From: Caulobacter sp.
GTDB taxonomy: Bacteria > Pseudomonadota > Alphaproteobacteria > Caulobacterales > Caulobacteraceae
NCBI GenBank assembly: GCA_019636175.1
Contig: JAHBYC010000002.1
Location: 62,759 to 126,758, forward strand
Length of the DNA: 64,000 bases
Direction: 5' to 3'
Shown here: in pieces, positions 20,344 to 30,242 of the stretch
Layout: every line of letters starts with the position of its first letter
Position numbering within the stretch: position 1 is the stretch's first letter
Position numbers and translations under genes: made by a program
The notes under the pieces: model-generated
Databases searched by the model: none
What the model was told of the DNA's origin: nothing
Seen by the model: the letters and a program-made list of their open reading frames with translations, nothing else

Positions 20344-20529
20344 ATGAGCCACAGCACCGCCCTCGCCCTGATCGCCCAGTATGGCGACGACGCCGAGACG
20401 ATCGCCATGTTGCGCGCGGCCGAATATGCGGCGATGGGTGATGTTCAGGGCCTGGCCGCCTGGGACGAGATCATCGCCGAGATCCGGCGACTGGAAGACC
20501 AGGGTCCCGGCGCCGCCAGCCTCAACTGA
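20344..20529 (+). CDS. Small hypothetical protein (61 aa)
   Basis: MSHSTALALIAQYGDDAETIAMLRAAEYAAMGD..W; coding-like codon bias. Confidence 0.65.
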   Translation: MSHSTALALIAQYGDDAETIAMLRAAEYAAMGDVQGLAAWDEIIAEIRRLEDQGPGAASLN

Positions 20530-21655
20530 CCGGCTGGGCCGCGAACCAGGGCTCGAGGCGGCGAAGCGCTTCTTCGATCTGGGCCGTGGAGACCGCGAAG
20601 CTCAGGCGGATGAAGTGGCCCCCTTCAACCGGATCGAAGTCGACGCCGGGCGCGGTGGCGACCCCGGTCTCGGCCAGCAGGCGGCTGCAGAAGGCCATGC
20701 TGTCCTGCGTCAGGTGGCCAACGTCGGCCCAGATGTAGAAGGCGCCGTCCGGCGGGGCGATGCTGGTCAGACCAAGACGGGGCAGCGCCTCCAGGACCAG
20801 GGCGCGATTGCGCCGATAGACCTCGATATGACCCTCCAGCTCGTCGATGCAGTCCATGGCCGCGAGGCCGGCGTGCTGGCTCAGGGACGGGGCGGTGAGG
20901 AAGAGGTTGCCGACATAGGCGCGGGCGCGCTCGCGCAGGCGCGTCGGCGCCACCATCCAGCCCAGCCGCCATCCGGCCATGCTGAAGTATTTGGAGAAGC
21001 TGTTGATCACCACCGCTTCCGGCTCGAACTCCAGCATCGAGGGGACCGGGCCGACGTAGGAAAGGCCGTGGTAGATTTCGTCGGAGATGATCCGGATGCC
21101 CCGCGCCCGGCAGACGTCGGCGATCGCTTTCATCTCCCCGGCGGCCAGGATGGATCCGGTGGGGTTGCCCGGACTGGCGACGATCAGGCCGGCCGGCGCC
21201 GGGTCCAGCGCCTCGATCATCGCGGCGGTCAGCTGGTAGCGGCTGTCGGCGCCGCAGGCCAGTTCCAACGGAACCATGTGCAGCGCCTTGAGCGTATTGC
21301 GATAGGCGACATAGCCAGGCCGCGCCACCGCGACTCGGTCGCCGGGGGCAAAGCAGGTCGACAGAGCCAGAACCAGGGCCGGAGAAGCGCCGCAGGTCAG
21401 GATGATGCGGCCAGGCTCGATCTGAAGGCCATGAAGGCGCCGATACCGCTCCGACAGGGCGGCGCAGAGCGGCGCGCTTTCCCAGTAGCCCATGGCGTCG
21501 GCGTCCAGCACCTGGTGCGCGGCGACGAGCGCCCCGGCCGGAGCGCCGGTCGAGGGCTGGCCAAATTCCATGTGGATGACCGAGGCTCCCTCGGCCTTCA
21601 TGCGGTGGGCCAGACGGCTGATCTCGATGGCGCGGAAGGGATCGGGCGTGGACAT
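20522..21655 (-). CDS. Class I/II PLP-dependent aminotransferase
   Basis: SPGNPTG, ISDEIYHGL, NSFSKYFSMAGWRLGW. Confidence 0.92.
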   Translation of the reverse strand: MSTPDPFRAIEISRLAHRMKAEGASVIHMEFGQPSTGAPAGALVAAHQVLDADAMGYWESAPLCAALSERYRRLHGLQIEPGRIILTCGASPALVLALSTCFAPGDRVAVARPGYVAYRNTLKALHMVPLELACGADSRYQLTAAMIEALDPAPAGLIVASPGNPTGSILAAGEMKAIADVCRARGIRIISDEIYHGLSYVGPVPSMLEFEPEAVVINSFSKYFSMAGWRLGWMVAPTRLRERARAYVGNLFLTAPSLSQHAGLAAMDCIDELEGHIEVYRRNRALVLEALPRLGLTSIAPPDGAFYIWADVGHLTQDSMAFCSRLLAETGVATAPGVDFDPVEGGHFIRLSFAVSTAQIEEALRRLEPWFAAQPVS

Positions 21656-21686
21656 GCCACGGCGTTAGCGGCTTTCGGAGAAATTG

Positions 21687-21712
21687 GGAACGGTCCCCGG
21701 CGGCAGTCGGTT
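21687..21712 (+). promoter_or_regulatory. Probable SigT/EcfG promoter (variant -10)
   Basis: GGAAC-N17-GGTT just upstream of the AAGGAG RBS. Confidence 0.55.
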
Positions 21713-21734
21713 GTCTTTGCGAAGGAGACGCCAG

Positions 21735-21920
21735 ATGAGCCAGCCGAACAGTCCCGGCCGAAAGGCCAACGATGCCGAACCCCTGGGCAAGTCCCCCGGT
21801 CTGAGACCGGAAAAGGAGCAGGACAGGACCGCCCGCCGCGAGCGCCGATCCGCCGGGCCCGATGGCCCTGACGCGACGGAGGTCGGCGACCTCTTCAAAA
21901 CCCCGCCGCCGCCCGACTGA
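21735..21920 (+). CDS. Small hydrophilic hypothetical protein (61 aa)
   Basis: AAGGAG RBS plus ATG 21735, SigT-like promoter. Confidence 0.65.
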   Translation: MSQPNSPGRKANDAEPLGKSPGLRPEKEQDRTARRERRSAGPDGPDATEVGDLFKTPPPPD

Positions 21921-22049
21921 CGCCCGAGCGCCGGCGTTCCTCGGGCCCGCCTTGCCCTGCGGTTCATTCGCCGTTCAAGCGCCGTGTTTGACTCCTCTGT
22001 CGGCCTCATGGTGAGGTCTGATCCACGGGCGACAGGGGGCCTTTCCAGA

Positions 22050-23681
22050 ATGAACCGTCTTCTTGCGCTGGCTGCCGCCGCGCCCGTCGCCCTGCTCGCC
22101 GGCGCCGCGCTGGCCCAGACGCCCGCGGCGCCGCCGGCCGAGGTCCTGCGCTTCGAGGCGCCGCAGAGGGCCATCGCCGTGACCCTGCCCAACGAGGCCG
22201 AATGCCTGGCTACTTTGCCTTCGCCCGGCGCGACCCCCACCGGCCGCGTGATGGTCGAGGGCGCCACCCTGCTGACCGAGGCCGACCGGCAGACCCTGGC
22301 CATGCGGCTGACGCCCGAAGGCGCGCCCAAGGTGGCGGCGTGGCTGGACTGTCACTACGCCAGCCTCGGCTATGTCGGCGCGCGCAGCAGCATCACCCTG
22401 GACGGCGGGGTGTGGAATGTGCGGGTTCGCGAAGGCCGCGTCACCGGACTGGACGTCCAGGGCGCCAACGCCTCGCAGGAAGCCTTCATCCGTCGGGCGT
22501 TCTCAGATGTCCGCGTCGGGACAGTGCTCAACGCCCGCGATCTGAAACGCGGGGCCGACGCCGCCGCCCGTTACGGTTTCTGGGGCGTAACGCCGTCGGT
22601 GGCGCCCGATGGCGAGGGCGTGGTGCTGGTGCTCAACGTCTCGCCGGGTCCGCCCGGGCTGTTCCTGAGCGCCCAAAACGCCTCGGCCCCGACCGTGGGA
22701 ACCTGGAGCGGCGGGGCCAGCCTGATCTTCGGCGGCCTGACGCCAGTCCACGAGCGGACCATCATCGGTCTGTTCCACGATCTGACCGGCGACGCCCAGC
22801 GCGGCGCCCAGATTTCCAGCCAGGCCCTGCTGACCGGCTCCGGTCTGGAGGTGAAGGGCGATCTGGCCATCTTCCAGCAGTCGCCGGACGAGCGGCCGCC
22901 CAACCTCGATACAGACGGGACCACCCGGGTGGGACGGATCGAGCTGCGCCATCCGCTGGGCCTGGCCGGAGGCGGCGGCGCCACCGTGCTGTTCGCCGGA
23001 CGGCTGGGTCTGGAAGCCGTCGACCAGGATACCGACCTGACCACCGGTCCGGCCACGGTCCGCGACAGCCTGCGGGTGATCTATGCCGGGGTTCAGGCGG
23101 ACTATCGTGGGCCTGGCGCGACCGCCTACGGCTATCTGAGCCTGCGCCAGGGTCTGGACGGCCTCGGCGCGTCGCAGGCCGGCGATCCGTTGCTCAGCCG
23201 GGTCCAGGCAGACCCCCAGGCCCTGGTGCTGCGCTTCGAGGGGCAGGCCTCCATCACCAGTGGCGGATTCCTCATCGAGCCGCGCCTGAGGGTGCAGGTC
23301 GCCGACAAGCCTCTGCTGCAGTACGAGGAGTTCACCTATGGCGGCCTGATCGGCGGCCGGGCGCTGGATCCCGGCGCCCTGTACGGCGACAGCGGCGTCA
23401 GCGGTTCAATTGATGTCTACGGACCCGCGGCCCGGCTGGGCCCGCGCCTGGCGATCCGACCGGCCGCCTTCGTCGAGGGCGCCTGGGCGCGCAACGAGGA
23501 CACCATCGGCCCCGACCGGATGTCGGGAACCTTCGCCGGCGGCGGCCTGCGCTTCAGCCTCGACGGTCGCTGGAACCTTGACCTGCTCTATGCCGCGCCG
23601 CTCGGCGACACGGTCGGCGTTCCGGCCCAGTTTGTCGGCCCCAAGGTCTCGGTCGGCGTCTCGGGCGGGATCAGCTTCTAG
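22050..23681 (+). CDS. ShlB/FhaC/HecB (TpsB/Omp85-like) outer-membrane protein
   Basis: Signal peptide, POTRA-like Y..LGY..A..VREGRV, barrel motif EEFTYGG..GRALDPG..GDSG, C-terminal F. Confidence 0.75.
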   Translation: MNRLLALAAAAPVALLAGAALAQTPAAPPAEVLRFEAPQRAIAVTLPNEAECLATLPSPGATPTGRVMVEGATLLTEADRQTLAMRLTPEGAPKVAAWLDCHYASLGYVGARSSITLDGGVWNVRVREGRVTGLDVQGANASQEAFIRRAFSDVRVGTVLNARDLKRGADAAARYGFWGVTPSVAPDGEGVVLVLNVSPGPPGLFLSAQNASAPTVGTWSGGASLIFGGLTPVHERTIIGLFHDLTGDAQRGAQISSQALLTGSGLEVKGDLAIFQQSPDERPPNLDTDGTTRVGRIELRHPLGLAGGGGATVLFAGRLGLEAVDQDTDLTTGPATVRDSLRVIYAGVQADYRGPGATAYGYLSLRQGLDGLGASQAGDPLLSRVQADPQALVLRFEGQASITSGGFLIEPRLRVQVADKPLLQYEEFTYGGLIGGRALDPGALYGDSGVSGSIDVYGPAARLGPRLAIRPAAFVEGAWARNEDTIGPDRMSGTFAGGGLRFSLDGRWNLDLLYAAPLGDTVGVPAQFVGPKVSVGVSGGISF

Positions 23682-23796
23682 ACCCTTTCAGGTTTTGATG
23701 TACGCATCAAAACCTGATCAAAAGGGTCTAAAAACAAACATTTAGAGCATGTCCGGGCGGGCGAACCGCGTACACTTCGCCCTGACATGCTCTAGA
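23677..23796. repeat. Double-hairpin intergenic element (CIR/BRU-RS/RIME-like) flanked by TCTAGA
   Basis: Hairpin 23679-23730, AAAACAAACATT spacer, hairpin TAGAGCATGTC..GACATGCTCTA 23743-23794; TCTAGA at 23677-23682 and 23791-23796. Confidence 0.75.
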
Positions 23797-26113
23797 CAGC
23801 GTCCGCCAGGCTGTCGGGAGACAGATAGGCGTAGCGCGCCGGCTCGGCTTCGGCGGCCCGGGCGACCTCCGCCGCCAGACGGGCCCCGACCCAGTCGGCG
23901 GAGACCTGCAGCGCCAGGGCGCCGTCCCGCTGTTCGGCAGTGATCAGACCGGCCGAGACCAGCTGGTCGCCCAGCCGGCCAGGAAGGCCGCGTCCCCGCG
24001 CCAGAGCCGTCTGCAGACTGTCGTGCGAAATGGCCCCGGCTCTCACCAGCAGATCGCCAAGTCGGACATAGCGGGCCCGGATCGACCGCCACAGCGCCGC
24101 CTCGTCCGAGGCGCTGATCCGTCCCTGGGCGCGAATACGCGCCAGATCGGCCCGGCCGACGGCGAAGGCCTGTTCGTCCCAGCCGAAGCGGACGGCGAAG
24201 GCCAGGTCGCTAAGCGGGGCGTAGAGATAGCGGACCGACTTGACCCCGCCCGCGCCCAACAGCTTTTCCAGTTCCGCCCGCTTGCCGGCAGGCAGCGGTT
24301 CGGCCAGGGCGACGTCGAGCGTTCCGTTCTGACGCCGCAATGGCGCGGCCCCGAACCAGGCCGCCTGATCGGCGTCGAGCAGGGCCCGGACGCCGGGCTC
24401 GATCTGGAACGGGTCGAAGATGGAGGCGTAGACCTCACCGCGCTCGGCGAAGGCCTCGGCCAGGTGCTCGTCATCGACCAGGCCAAGGTCGAGAAGCTGT
24501 AGTCCGATCGGCCGGTAGGAGGCCTTCTGTGCGGCCAGCGCCCGGTCAAGGTCCTCCTCGCCCAGGTGGTTCCAGAACCGCAGGACATCGCCGATCCGCC
24601 CGCCCCGCTCCAGTTCCGACAGCGAGGGATAGCTGTGCTGGGTCTTGTCCCAGGCGATGGTCCGTCCGGTGATCAGATGGCTGACATACTGGCGCAGCGA
24701 CCGGCCAAAGGCGCCGAACCCGATAAGGTTGGACACGACGATCCGCACCGGCGTCAGCGGCACATGCTTGAGCCCATGGTTGATGCCGGTGAACCAGGCG
24801 CGGTGCAGAATCCGGTTCACCAGGAAGAAGAAGTTGATGAACACCAGGGTCCAGACCCAGGGCTGGTCGATCAGCGGCGGCAGCCTGGCGACCTGCGGCC
24901 AGATCGCCGCGATTCCCCAGTACCCGAGGACCTGTATGACGATGAGATAGGCGATCGCCCCGACCGGCGAGGTGAACAGCGCCTTGCGGTCGCGGAACAG
25001 ATAGTAGCGGTTGGCCAGGTCGCCGAACCAGCCCAGCTGCTTCCAGCCGAGATAGGAGATTCCCAGCATCCAGCGGGTTTTCTGCCGAACGCTGGTGGCG
25101 AACTTGTCGGGGAAGAACTCCTTGGTCGCCACCAGCTCGCGACGCCTGACCGTCACTTCCCCCTTGCGCAGCCAGGCCTTGCGGCGACGCGGCACCCTGG
25201 CGTGGTAGCGGATGAACTCCGAAGGATAGCCGAGCGCGCTCAGGCGGTGGGCGACGTCATAGTCCTCGGTCAGGCTGTCGGTGTTGAAAGGCTGGCCGTT
25301 CTTCTCCCGCAGCAGGGCCAGCATGGCCGAGCGTGAGAAGGCCGTGGCGACCCCGGCCGACGGGGTCATGCCCGACAGCAGGGAACGGATCGGCAGGTCC
25401 TTGGTATGGAACTCGGCGAACTCGTCCATGTAGTGGCAGGCGACCAGCTTGTTCCACTGGCGGTCCATGGACAGCACCGGCATCTGGATCATGCCGTTGT
25501 CCTCGATGAACCAGTTGACCGTCTTCAGGCCATAGGGATGCACCACGTCCTCGGCGTCATGCATCAGGAAGACGTCGAACCGCTCTCCGGTCCTCTGCTC
25601 ATGCAGCAGAATGTTCTGGACCAGCCAGTTCAGGCAGTCCGCCTTGCTGGTCGGGCCGTCGTGCGGCACCTCGGCGCGATAGGTGTTGGGGAATCGCTGG
25701 CGGATCTTGTCCACCTCCCGCGCGGTGTCCGGGTCGTTGGCGTAGGCGCCGACGAAGATCCTGTAGCGGGCGTAGTCGAAGGTCTGGTTGGTGTTGGCGA
25801 CCATGGAGGCGATGACGTCGCTCTCCTGCCAGGCCGGCACCATGATGGCGATCAGCTTCTCGGGATGTCTGTCGAGCAAAGCCTGCTTTGGCGGCCGCCC
25901 CCAGAAGTCCCAGATCCGTTCCCAGCTGCGCCACCAGTAGAGGATGTCGATGAACAGGTCGTCGATCGAGCTGAGGGTGATCAGCACAGCGGTGACGATG
26001 ATGGCGATCTTCAGGAACGCCCAGTAGCCGAGCACGGCCGCGAAGGCGCTGTCGCCGGTAATCCCGACGCCTGCCAGCCAGGCCGCGATCGCACCGAGCG
26101 CCGTCTCGAACAT
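23792..26113 (-). CDS. nfrB: NfrB-like GT2 glycosyltransferase with C-terminal MshEN-like c-di-GMP-binding motifs
   Basis: IDDLFID, AIMVPAWQE, DGPTSKADCLN, HDAEDVVHP, SLTEDYD, RQKTRW, WDKTQH, then RIGDVL, RLGDLLVRAG and RLGDQLVSAG. Confidence 0.85.
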   Translation of the reverse strand: MFETALGAIAAWLAGVGITGDSAFAAVLGYWAFLKIAIIVTAVLITLSSIDDLFIDILYWWRSWERIWDFWGRPPKQALLDRHPEKLIAIMVPAWQESDVIASMVANTNQTFDYARYRIFVGAYANDPDTAREVDKIRQRFPNTYRAEVPHDGPTSKADCLNWLVQNILLHEQRTGERFDVFLMHDAEDVVHPYGLKTVNWFIEDNGMIQMPVLSMDRQWNKLVACHYMDEFAEFHTKDLPIRSLLSGMTPSAGVATAFSRSAMLALLREKNGQPFNTDSLTEDYDVAHRLSALGYPSEFIRYHARVPRRRKAWLRKGEVTVRRRELVATKEFFPDKFATSVRQKTRWMLGISYLGWKQLGWFGDLANRYYLFRDRKALFTSPVGAIAYLIVIQVLGYWGIAAIWPQVARLPPLIDQPWVWTLVFINFFFLVNRILHRAWFTGINHGLKHVPLTPVRIVVSNLIGFGAFGRSLRQYVSHLITGRTIAWDKTQHSYPSLSELERGGRIGDVLRFWNHLGEEDLDRALAAQKASYRPIGLQLLDLGLVDDEHLAEAFAERGEVYASIFDPFQIEPGVRALLDADQAAWFGAAPLRRQNGTLDVALAEPLPAGKRAELEKLLGAGGVKSVRYLYAPLSDLAFAVRFGWDEQAFAVGRADLARIRAQGRISASDEAALWRSIRARYVRLGDLLVRAGAISHDSLQTALARGRGLPGRLGDQLVSAGLITAEQRDGALALQVSADWVGARLAAEVARAAEAEPARYAYLSPDSLADAV

Positions 26114-26146
26114 CGACGATGATCTCCAGGTCCCCGGCGGACCGGT

Positions 26147-27277
26147 CTAGCCGGCATTGAGCCGGGCGGAGGAACCGGCCGCAAGGCTTGTCGCCTGATA
26201 GCGGGTGAGGACCTCGGCGATACGCTCGGCGGCATAGCCGTCGCCGAACGGGCTGAGCGCCCGCGCCATGACCTGGCGCTGACCCTCGTGGGTCAGCAGC
26301 CGGCAGGTTTCAGAGGCCACTCCGGCGCGACCGACGCCGACAAGGCGGGCGACGCCGGCGTTGACCGCCTCCATCCGCTCGGTCGACTCCCGTAGCACCA
26401 GGACCGGCACCCCGAACACGGGGGCCTCTTCCTGCACGCCGCCCGAGTCGGACAACACCAGCACGCAGCTCTTCAGCAGCGCCAGGAAGTCGGGATATTC
26501 CAGCGGGCCGACGATGCGGATGCGGCTCTCGCCCAGCAGCTTTCCAAAGACTCTCTGGCGCAGCGCCGGATTGGCGTGGGCGACGAAGACGATTTCGACG
26601 TCCGGAACGTGATCGCGGATGTCGAGCAGCGCGTCGAGCACCTGCTCGAGCGAGTCGTTCCAGTTCTCCCGGCGATGCAGGGTGACGAGGATCCGGCGCA
26701 GGCCCGGGACCAGGGGCTCGGGCGCGATGCCGGCCGCCGTCAGCCGCACCGAATCGACCCCCGTGTTGCCGGTGACAAAGATGCGGTCGGCGCCGACGCC
26801 CTGGCGGGCAAGGTTTTCCGCGGCCAGGCCCGTCGGGGCGAAATGCAGGTCCGCCAGCTGACCGACGACACAGCGCCAGCCCTCCTCCGGGAAAGGCGTG
26901 GCCAGGTTGAAGGTGCGCAGACCCGCCTCGACGTGGGCGACGGGGATTCGCCGGGCGAACGCCGCCATGGCGCCGGCGGCGGTGCTGGAGGTGTCACCCT
27001 GGACGACGATCAGATCCGGCCGGGCCTCTTCCAGGGCAATGTCCAGCTGATCCATGACCTGGGCGAACCGGCCGCCCAGGCTGCGGTCATCGGCCGGCGG
27101 CGCAAGGCGCACATCCGGGGTGATGCCGAGAGTGTCGAGCGTCTGGCGGTTCAGCGCCGACTGCTGCTCGGTGGAAATCCAGAAGGGTTCGAAACCTTCA
27201 CGCGAGGCCAGCGCCGCCCTTACCGGCGCCAACTTGACCACTTCAGGCCGGGTCCCGGCCACGATAGCGACTTTCAC
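26147..27277 (-). CDS. wecB: UDP-N-acetylglucosamine 2-epimerase (non-hydrolysing; WecB/NfrC)
   Basis: GTRPE.VK, VQGDT, HVEAGLRT, PFPEE, TLHRREN, DSGGVQEEAP, TER, PFGDG. Confidence 0.93.
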   Translation of the reverse strand: MKVAIVAGTRPEVVKLAPVRAALASREGFEPFWISTEQQSALNRQTLDTLGITPDVRLAPPADDRSLGGRFAQVMDQLDIALEEARPDLIVVQGDTSSTAAGAMAAFARRIPVAHVEAGLRTFNLATPFPEEGWRCVVGQLADLHFAPTGLAAENLARQGVGADRIFVTGNTGVDSVRLTAAGIAPEPLVPGLRRILVTLHRRENWNDSLEQVLDALLDIRDHVPDVEIVFVAHANPALRQRVFGKLLGESRIRIVGPLEYPDFLALLKSCVLVLSDSGGVQEEAPVFGVPVLVLRESTERMEAVNAGVARLVGVGRAGVASETCRLLTHEGQRQVMARALSPFGDGYAAERIAEVLTRYQATSLAAGSSARLNAG

Positions 27278-27432
27278 AGTCCTGCCCCTGAGTTCGGCCC
27301 CGCTTTCGCGGCGCCTGTCGGGGCGACCCGTCGCCGCCCCTGGGGTCAGCAATGGCCGTTTGCGTTTGAACGCCCTCTGAGGGCGACGTTGTCCGTCGTT
27401 CAGGCAGGTGAACGCCGGATAACAGCGGCCGG

Positions 27433-28365
27433 TCAGCTGGCCAGGCCGATGGCCTTTAGCCGTTCGTGCAGGAACGCGCCGGCGGTGATGTCGTCGTAGC
27501 GCTTGCCCTCGCCCAGGCAGCTGTCGAGCACGTTGAGCGGCGTCTCCAGGGTGGGGTGCATGAAGAAGGGCATGGAGTAGCGGCTGACATTCTCCGCCCC
27601 GTCCGGATTGACCACCCGGTGCGTCGTCGAGGGAATGACGCCGTTGGTCAGGCGCTGCAGCATGTCGCCCGAATCGACGATTAAGTTGCGGGGCGCGGTT
27701 TCGACCGGTAGCCAGCTTCCATCCCGGTCCAGCAGTTCCAGACCCGCGCCCTTGGCGGCGACCAGAATGGTAATGAAGTTGATATCCTCATGGGCTGCGG
27801 CGCGCACCGCGCCCGGCTCGATATCCGCGGCGACGGGCGGATAGTGCAGCACCCGTAACAGGGAGGTGCCGTGCTCCACCAGGGGGTCGAAGTAGCGCTC
27901 CTCCAGGCCCAGGTTCGGGGCCAGGGCCCGCAGCAGGATCTGGCCGGTCTCGTTCAGGGCCGCGAACAGCCGGGTGAAGGTCTCGCGAAACTGCGGAATC
28001 TCTTCCGGCCAGACATTGGCGGGAAACAGGGCGTCGGAGGGTGCATTGGCCGAGGGGTCGTGGCCGATCTGCCAGAACTCCTTGAGATCGGCGCGGGCGT
28101 TGTCCTTGGCGTGTTCGACGCCGAACGGCGTGTAGCCGCGCATCCCGGCGGCATAGCGCCGCTTGACCGCCTCGGGCAGGGCGAAGACCCGGGCGCTGAG
28201 GTCGTAGGCCTGTTCCAGCAGGTCGCCGGAGACGTTGTGGTCGGTCAGGGTGAAGAAGCCGTAGTCGGTCAGCCCACGATAAAGGTCGGCGGAAAAGGCG
28301 GCGCGGCTGTCAGCGTCGCCGTGGGTGTAGGCCCGCAGGCTGAGTTCGGGAACGCGCTTGGTCAT
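27433..28365 (-). CDS. Isopenicillin N synthase-family 2OG/Fe(II) dioxygenase
   Basis: LRVLHYPP, AAAHEDINFIT (HxD), STTHRV, RYSMPFF. Confidence 0.9.
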   Translation of the reverse strand: MTKRVPELSLRAYTHGDADSRAAFSADLYRGLTDYGFFTLTDHNVSGDLLEQAYDLSARVFALPEAVKRRYAAGMRGYTPFGVEHAKDNARADLKEFWQIGHDPSANAPSDALFPANVWPEEIPQFRETFTRLFAALNETGQILLRALAPNLGLEERYFDPLVEHGTSLLRVLHYPPVAADIEPGAVRAAAHEDINFITILVAAKGAGLELLDRDGSWLPVETAPRNLIVDSGDMLQRLTNGVIPSTTHRVVNPDGAENVSRYSMPFFMHPTLETPLNVLDSCLGEGKRYDDITAGAFLHERLKAIGLAS

Positions 28366-28394
28366 GGAAGCCTCTGAACGGACGGCGGAGGATT

Positions 28395-29261
28395 TTATCC
28401 CGCCTTGCCGGCCGACTCCATCGCCGCGTTGACCTCGGCTCGCGTCGGCAGGGACGGCTGGGCGCCGGCGCGGGTAACCGCCAGCGCGCCCGCCGTGCAG
28501 GCGAAGGCCAGGGCCCGCTCGGCTGGCATGTCCTCGAGCAGCGCCACGGTGAGAGCCGCGACGAAACAGTCGCCGGCGCCGGTGGTGTCGATCACCCTGA
28601 CCGTGGGCGGCGTGGCGCGGGCGACCTCGACGCCGCCCTTGAAAAGCCGCGCGCCCTTGCCGCCCAGGGTCACCGCGACCACGCCTCGCGCCTGGTGCAG
28701 GCTGTCGCCGTAAAAGCCGGCCTCGGTCTCATTGACGACGATCAGGTCGGCGCGGGCCAGGACATCCGCCGGGACCTGCGCCGCGGGCGCCAGGTTCAGG
28801 GCGACGAACCCTGACGCCCGGGCCACCGCCGCCGCGACAGTGGCCACCGGCAGCTCCAGCTGCAGGATCACGGGCCCTTCGAGCGTCGCCGGCAAGGCCG
28901 CGGGCGTCACCAGGGCGTTGGCGCCCGGCGCGACGATGATCTGGTTCTCGCCGGCGGCGTCGACCGCGATCAGGGCGACGCCGGTGGCGGACTGCGGATC
29001 GGCGGCAATGCCGCCGAGGTCGACGTCATCGGCCTTGAGCAGGGCAAGGGCCTCGTCTGCCATGGCGTCTGTCCCGACCCGGCCAATCATGGCCACGCGC
29101 GCTCCCAGCCGGCTGGCGGCGAGCGCCTGATTGGCGCCCTTGCCGCCCGGATGACGGGCCAGCACCGCGCCGGTCACCGTCTCTCCGGGCGCCGGCAGGG
29201 TGGCGGCGGTGGCGACAAGATCGAGATTGATCGACCCGATGACGGACAGCGCCGGGCTCAT
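28395..29261 (-). CDS. rbsK: Ribokinase
   Basis: GSINLD, PGETV, GGKGANQA, NETEA, DTTGAGD. Confidence 0.9.
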   Translation of the reverse strand: MSPALSVIGSINLDLVATAATLPAPGETVTGAVLARHPGGKGANQALAASRLGARVAMIGRVGTDAMADEALALLKADDVDLGGIAADPQSATGVALIAVDAAGENQIIVAPGANALVTPAALPATLEGPVILQLELPVATVAAAVARASGFVALNLAPAAQVPADVLARADLIVVNETEAGFYGDSLHQARGVVAVTLGGKGARLFKGGVEVARATPPTVRVIDTTGAGDCFVAALTVALLEDMPAERALAFACTAGALAVTRAGAQPSLPTRAEVNAAMESAGKAG

Positions 29262-30193
29262 GTCGCCAGCCTCTCGGTGATGAGGTCGAACACGCCCTGG
29301 CCATCGGCGGCCGTGACCCAGTGAATGGTCGCGGCGGCCGGATCGGCGAGGCGAAACTCCACCGCCGTATGGCCCAGCGTCAGGGGCGAGGCCGTCTCGA
29401 CCTGAATCTCGCAAGGGACGGTCTCGAACAGCTCGGGCGCCAGAAGCCAGGCGATCGGACAGGGATCGTGCAACGGTGCATCCAGCCCCCGCACCTGCTC
29501 GGCCTCGATCCGGCGCGAGAACCGCAACAGGGTGGCGCAGGCCCGGGCGGAGGCGCCGTCCAGCGCCTCGATGGCGGCGATGCGCGCCTCGGTGGCCCGC
29601 ACCTGATGGGTGGCGTCGAGACCATGAACCACGATGGCCGCCCCCGAACCGAACACGATCTGGGCGGCGTGCGGGTCGGCGAAGATATTGTATTCGGCCG
29701 AGGCGGTGATGTTGCCGCCCTCGCGCCTGGCGCCGCCCATCACTACGACCCGCCGGACACGGGCGATGATCTCCGGCTCACGGACCATTGCCATGGCCAG
29801 GTTGGTGAAGGGGCCCGTGACAACCACGTCGATGGTCCCGGCCGGCCGCTCCATCAGGGTGGAGACCAGAAAATCGACCGCATGCCGACACTCGCCATCG
29901 TCCGCGACCGGATCCAGCGACAGGTCGCCCAGCCCCGTCTCGCCGTGAAAGTGGCCGGCCTCGACCGGAGGGCGCACCAGCGGCCGCTGGCAGCCGGCCA
30001 GGACCGGAACATCGGGCCGTCGGGCGATATGGCGAATGACCCGGGCGTTGCGCGCGGTCAGCGCCGCGCTGACGTTCCCGGCGACCGTGGTGACACCCAG
30101 GATGTCCAGTTCAGGACTGGCGAAGGCCAGCAACAATGCGACGCCGTCGTCGACGCCGGGATCACAGTCGATGATGAGGGAGGATTCTGACAC
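29258..30193 (-). CDS. Inosine/uridine-preferring nucleoside hydrolase
   Basis: DCDPGVDD, HGETGLG, AEYNIFADP, LHDP; overlaps rbsK by 4 nt. Confidence 0.9.
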   Translation of the reverse strand: MSESSLIIDCDPGVDDGVALLLAFASPELDILGVTTVAGNVSAALTARNARVIRHIARRPDVPVLAGCQRPLVRPPVEAGHFHGETGLGDLSLDPVADDGECRHAVDFLVSTLMERPAGTIDVVVTGPFTNLAMAMVREPEIIARVRRVVVMGGARREGGNITASAEYNIFADPHAAQIVFGSGAAIVVHGLDATHQVRATEARIAAIEALDGASARACATLLRFSRRIEAEQVRGLDAPLHDPCPIAWLLAPELFETVPCEIQVETASPLTLGHTAVEFRLADPAAATIHWVTAADGQGVFDLITERLAT

Positions 30194-30242
30194 CGGCGCA
30201 TTGTTGGCGCGCGGGAGTCTCCCTGCAAGAGCGCCTGTGTCG

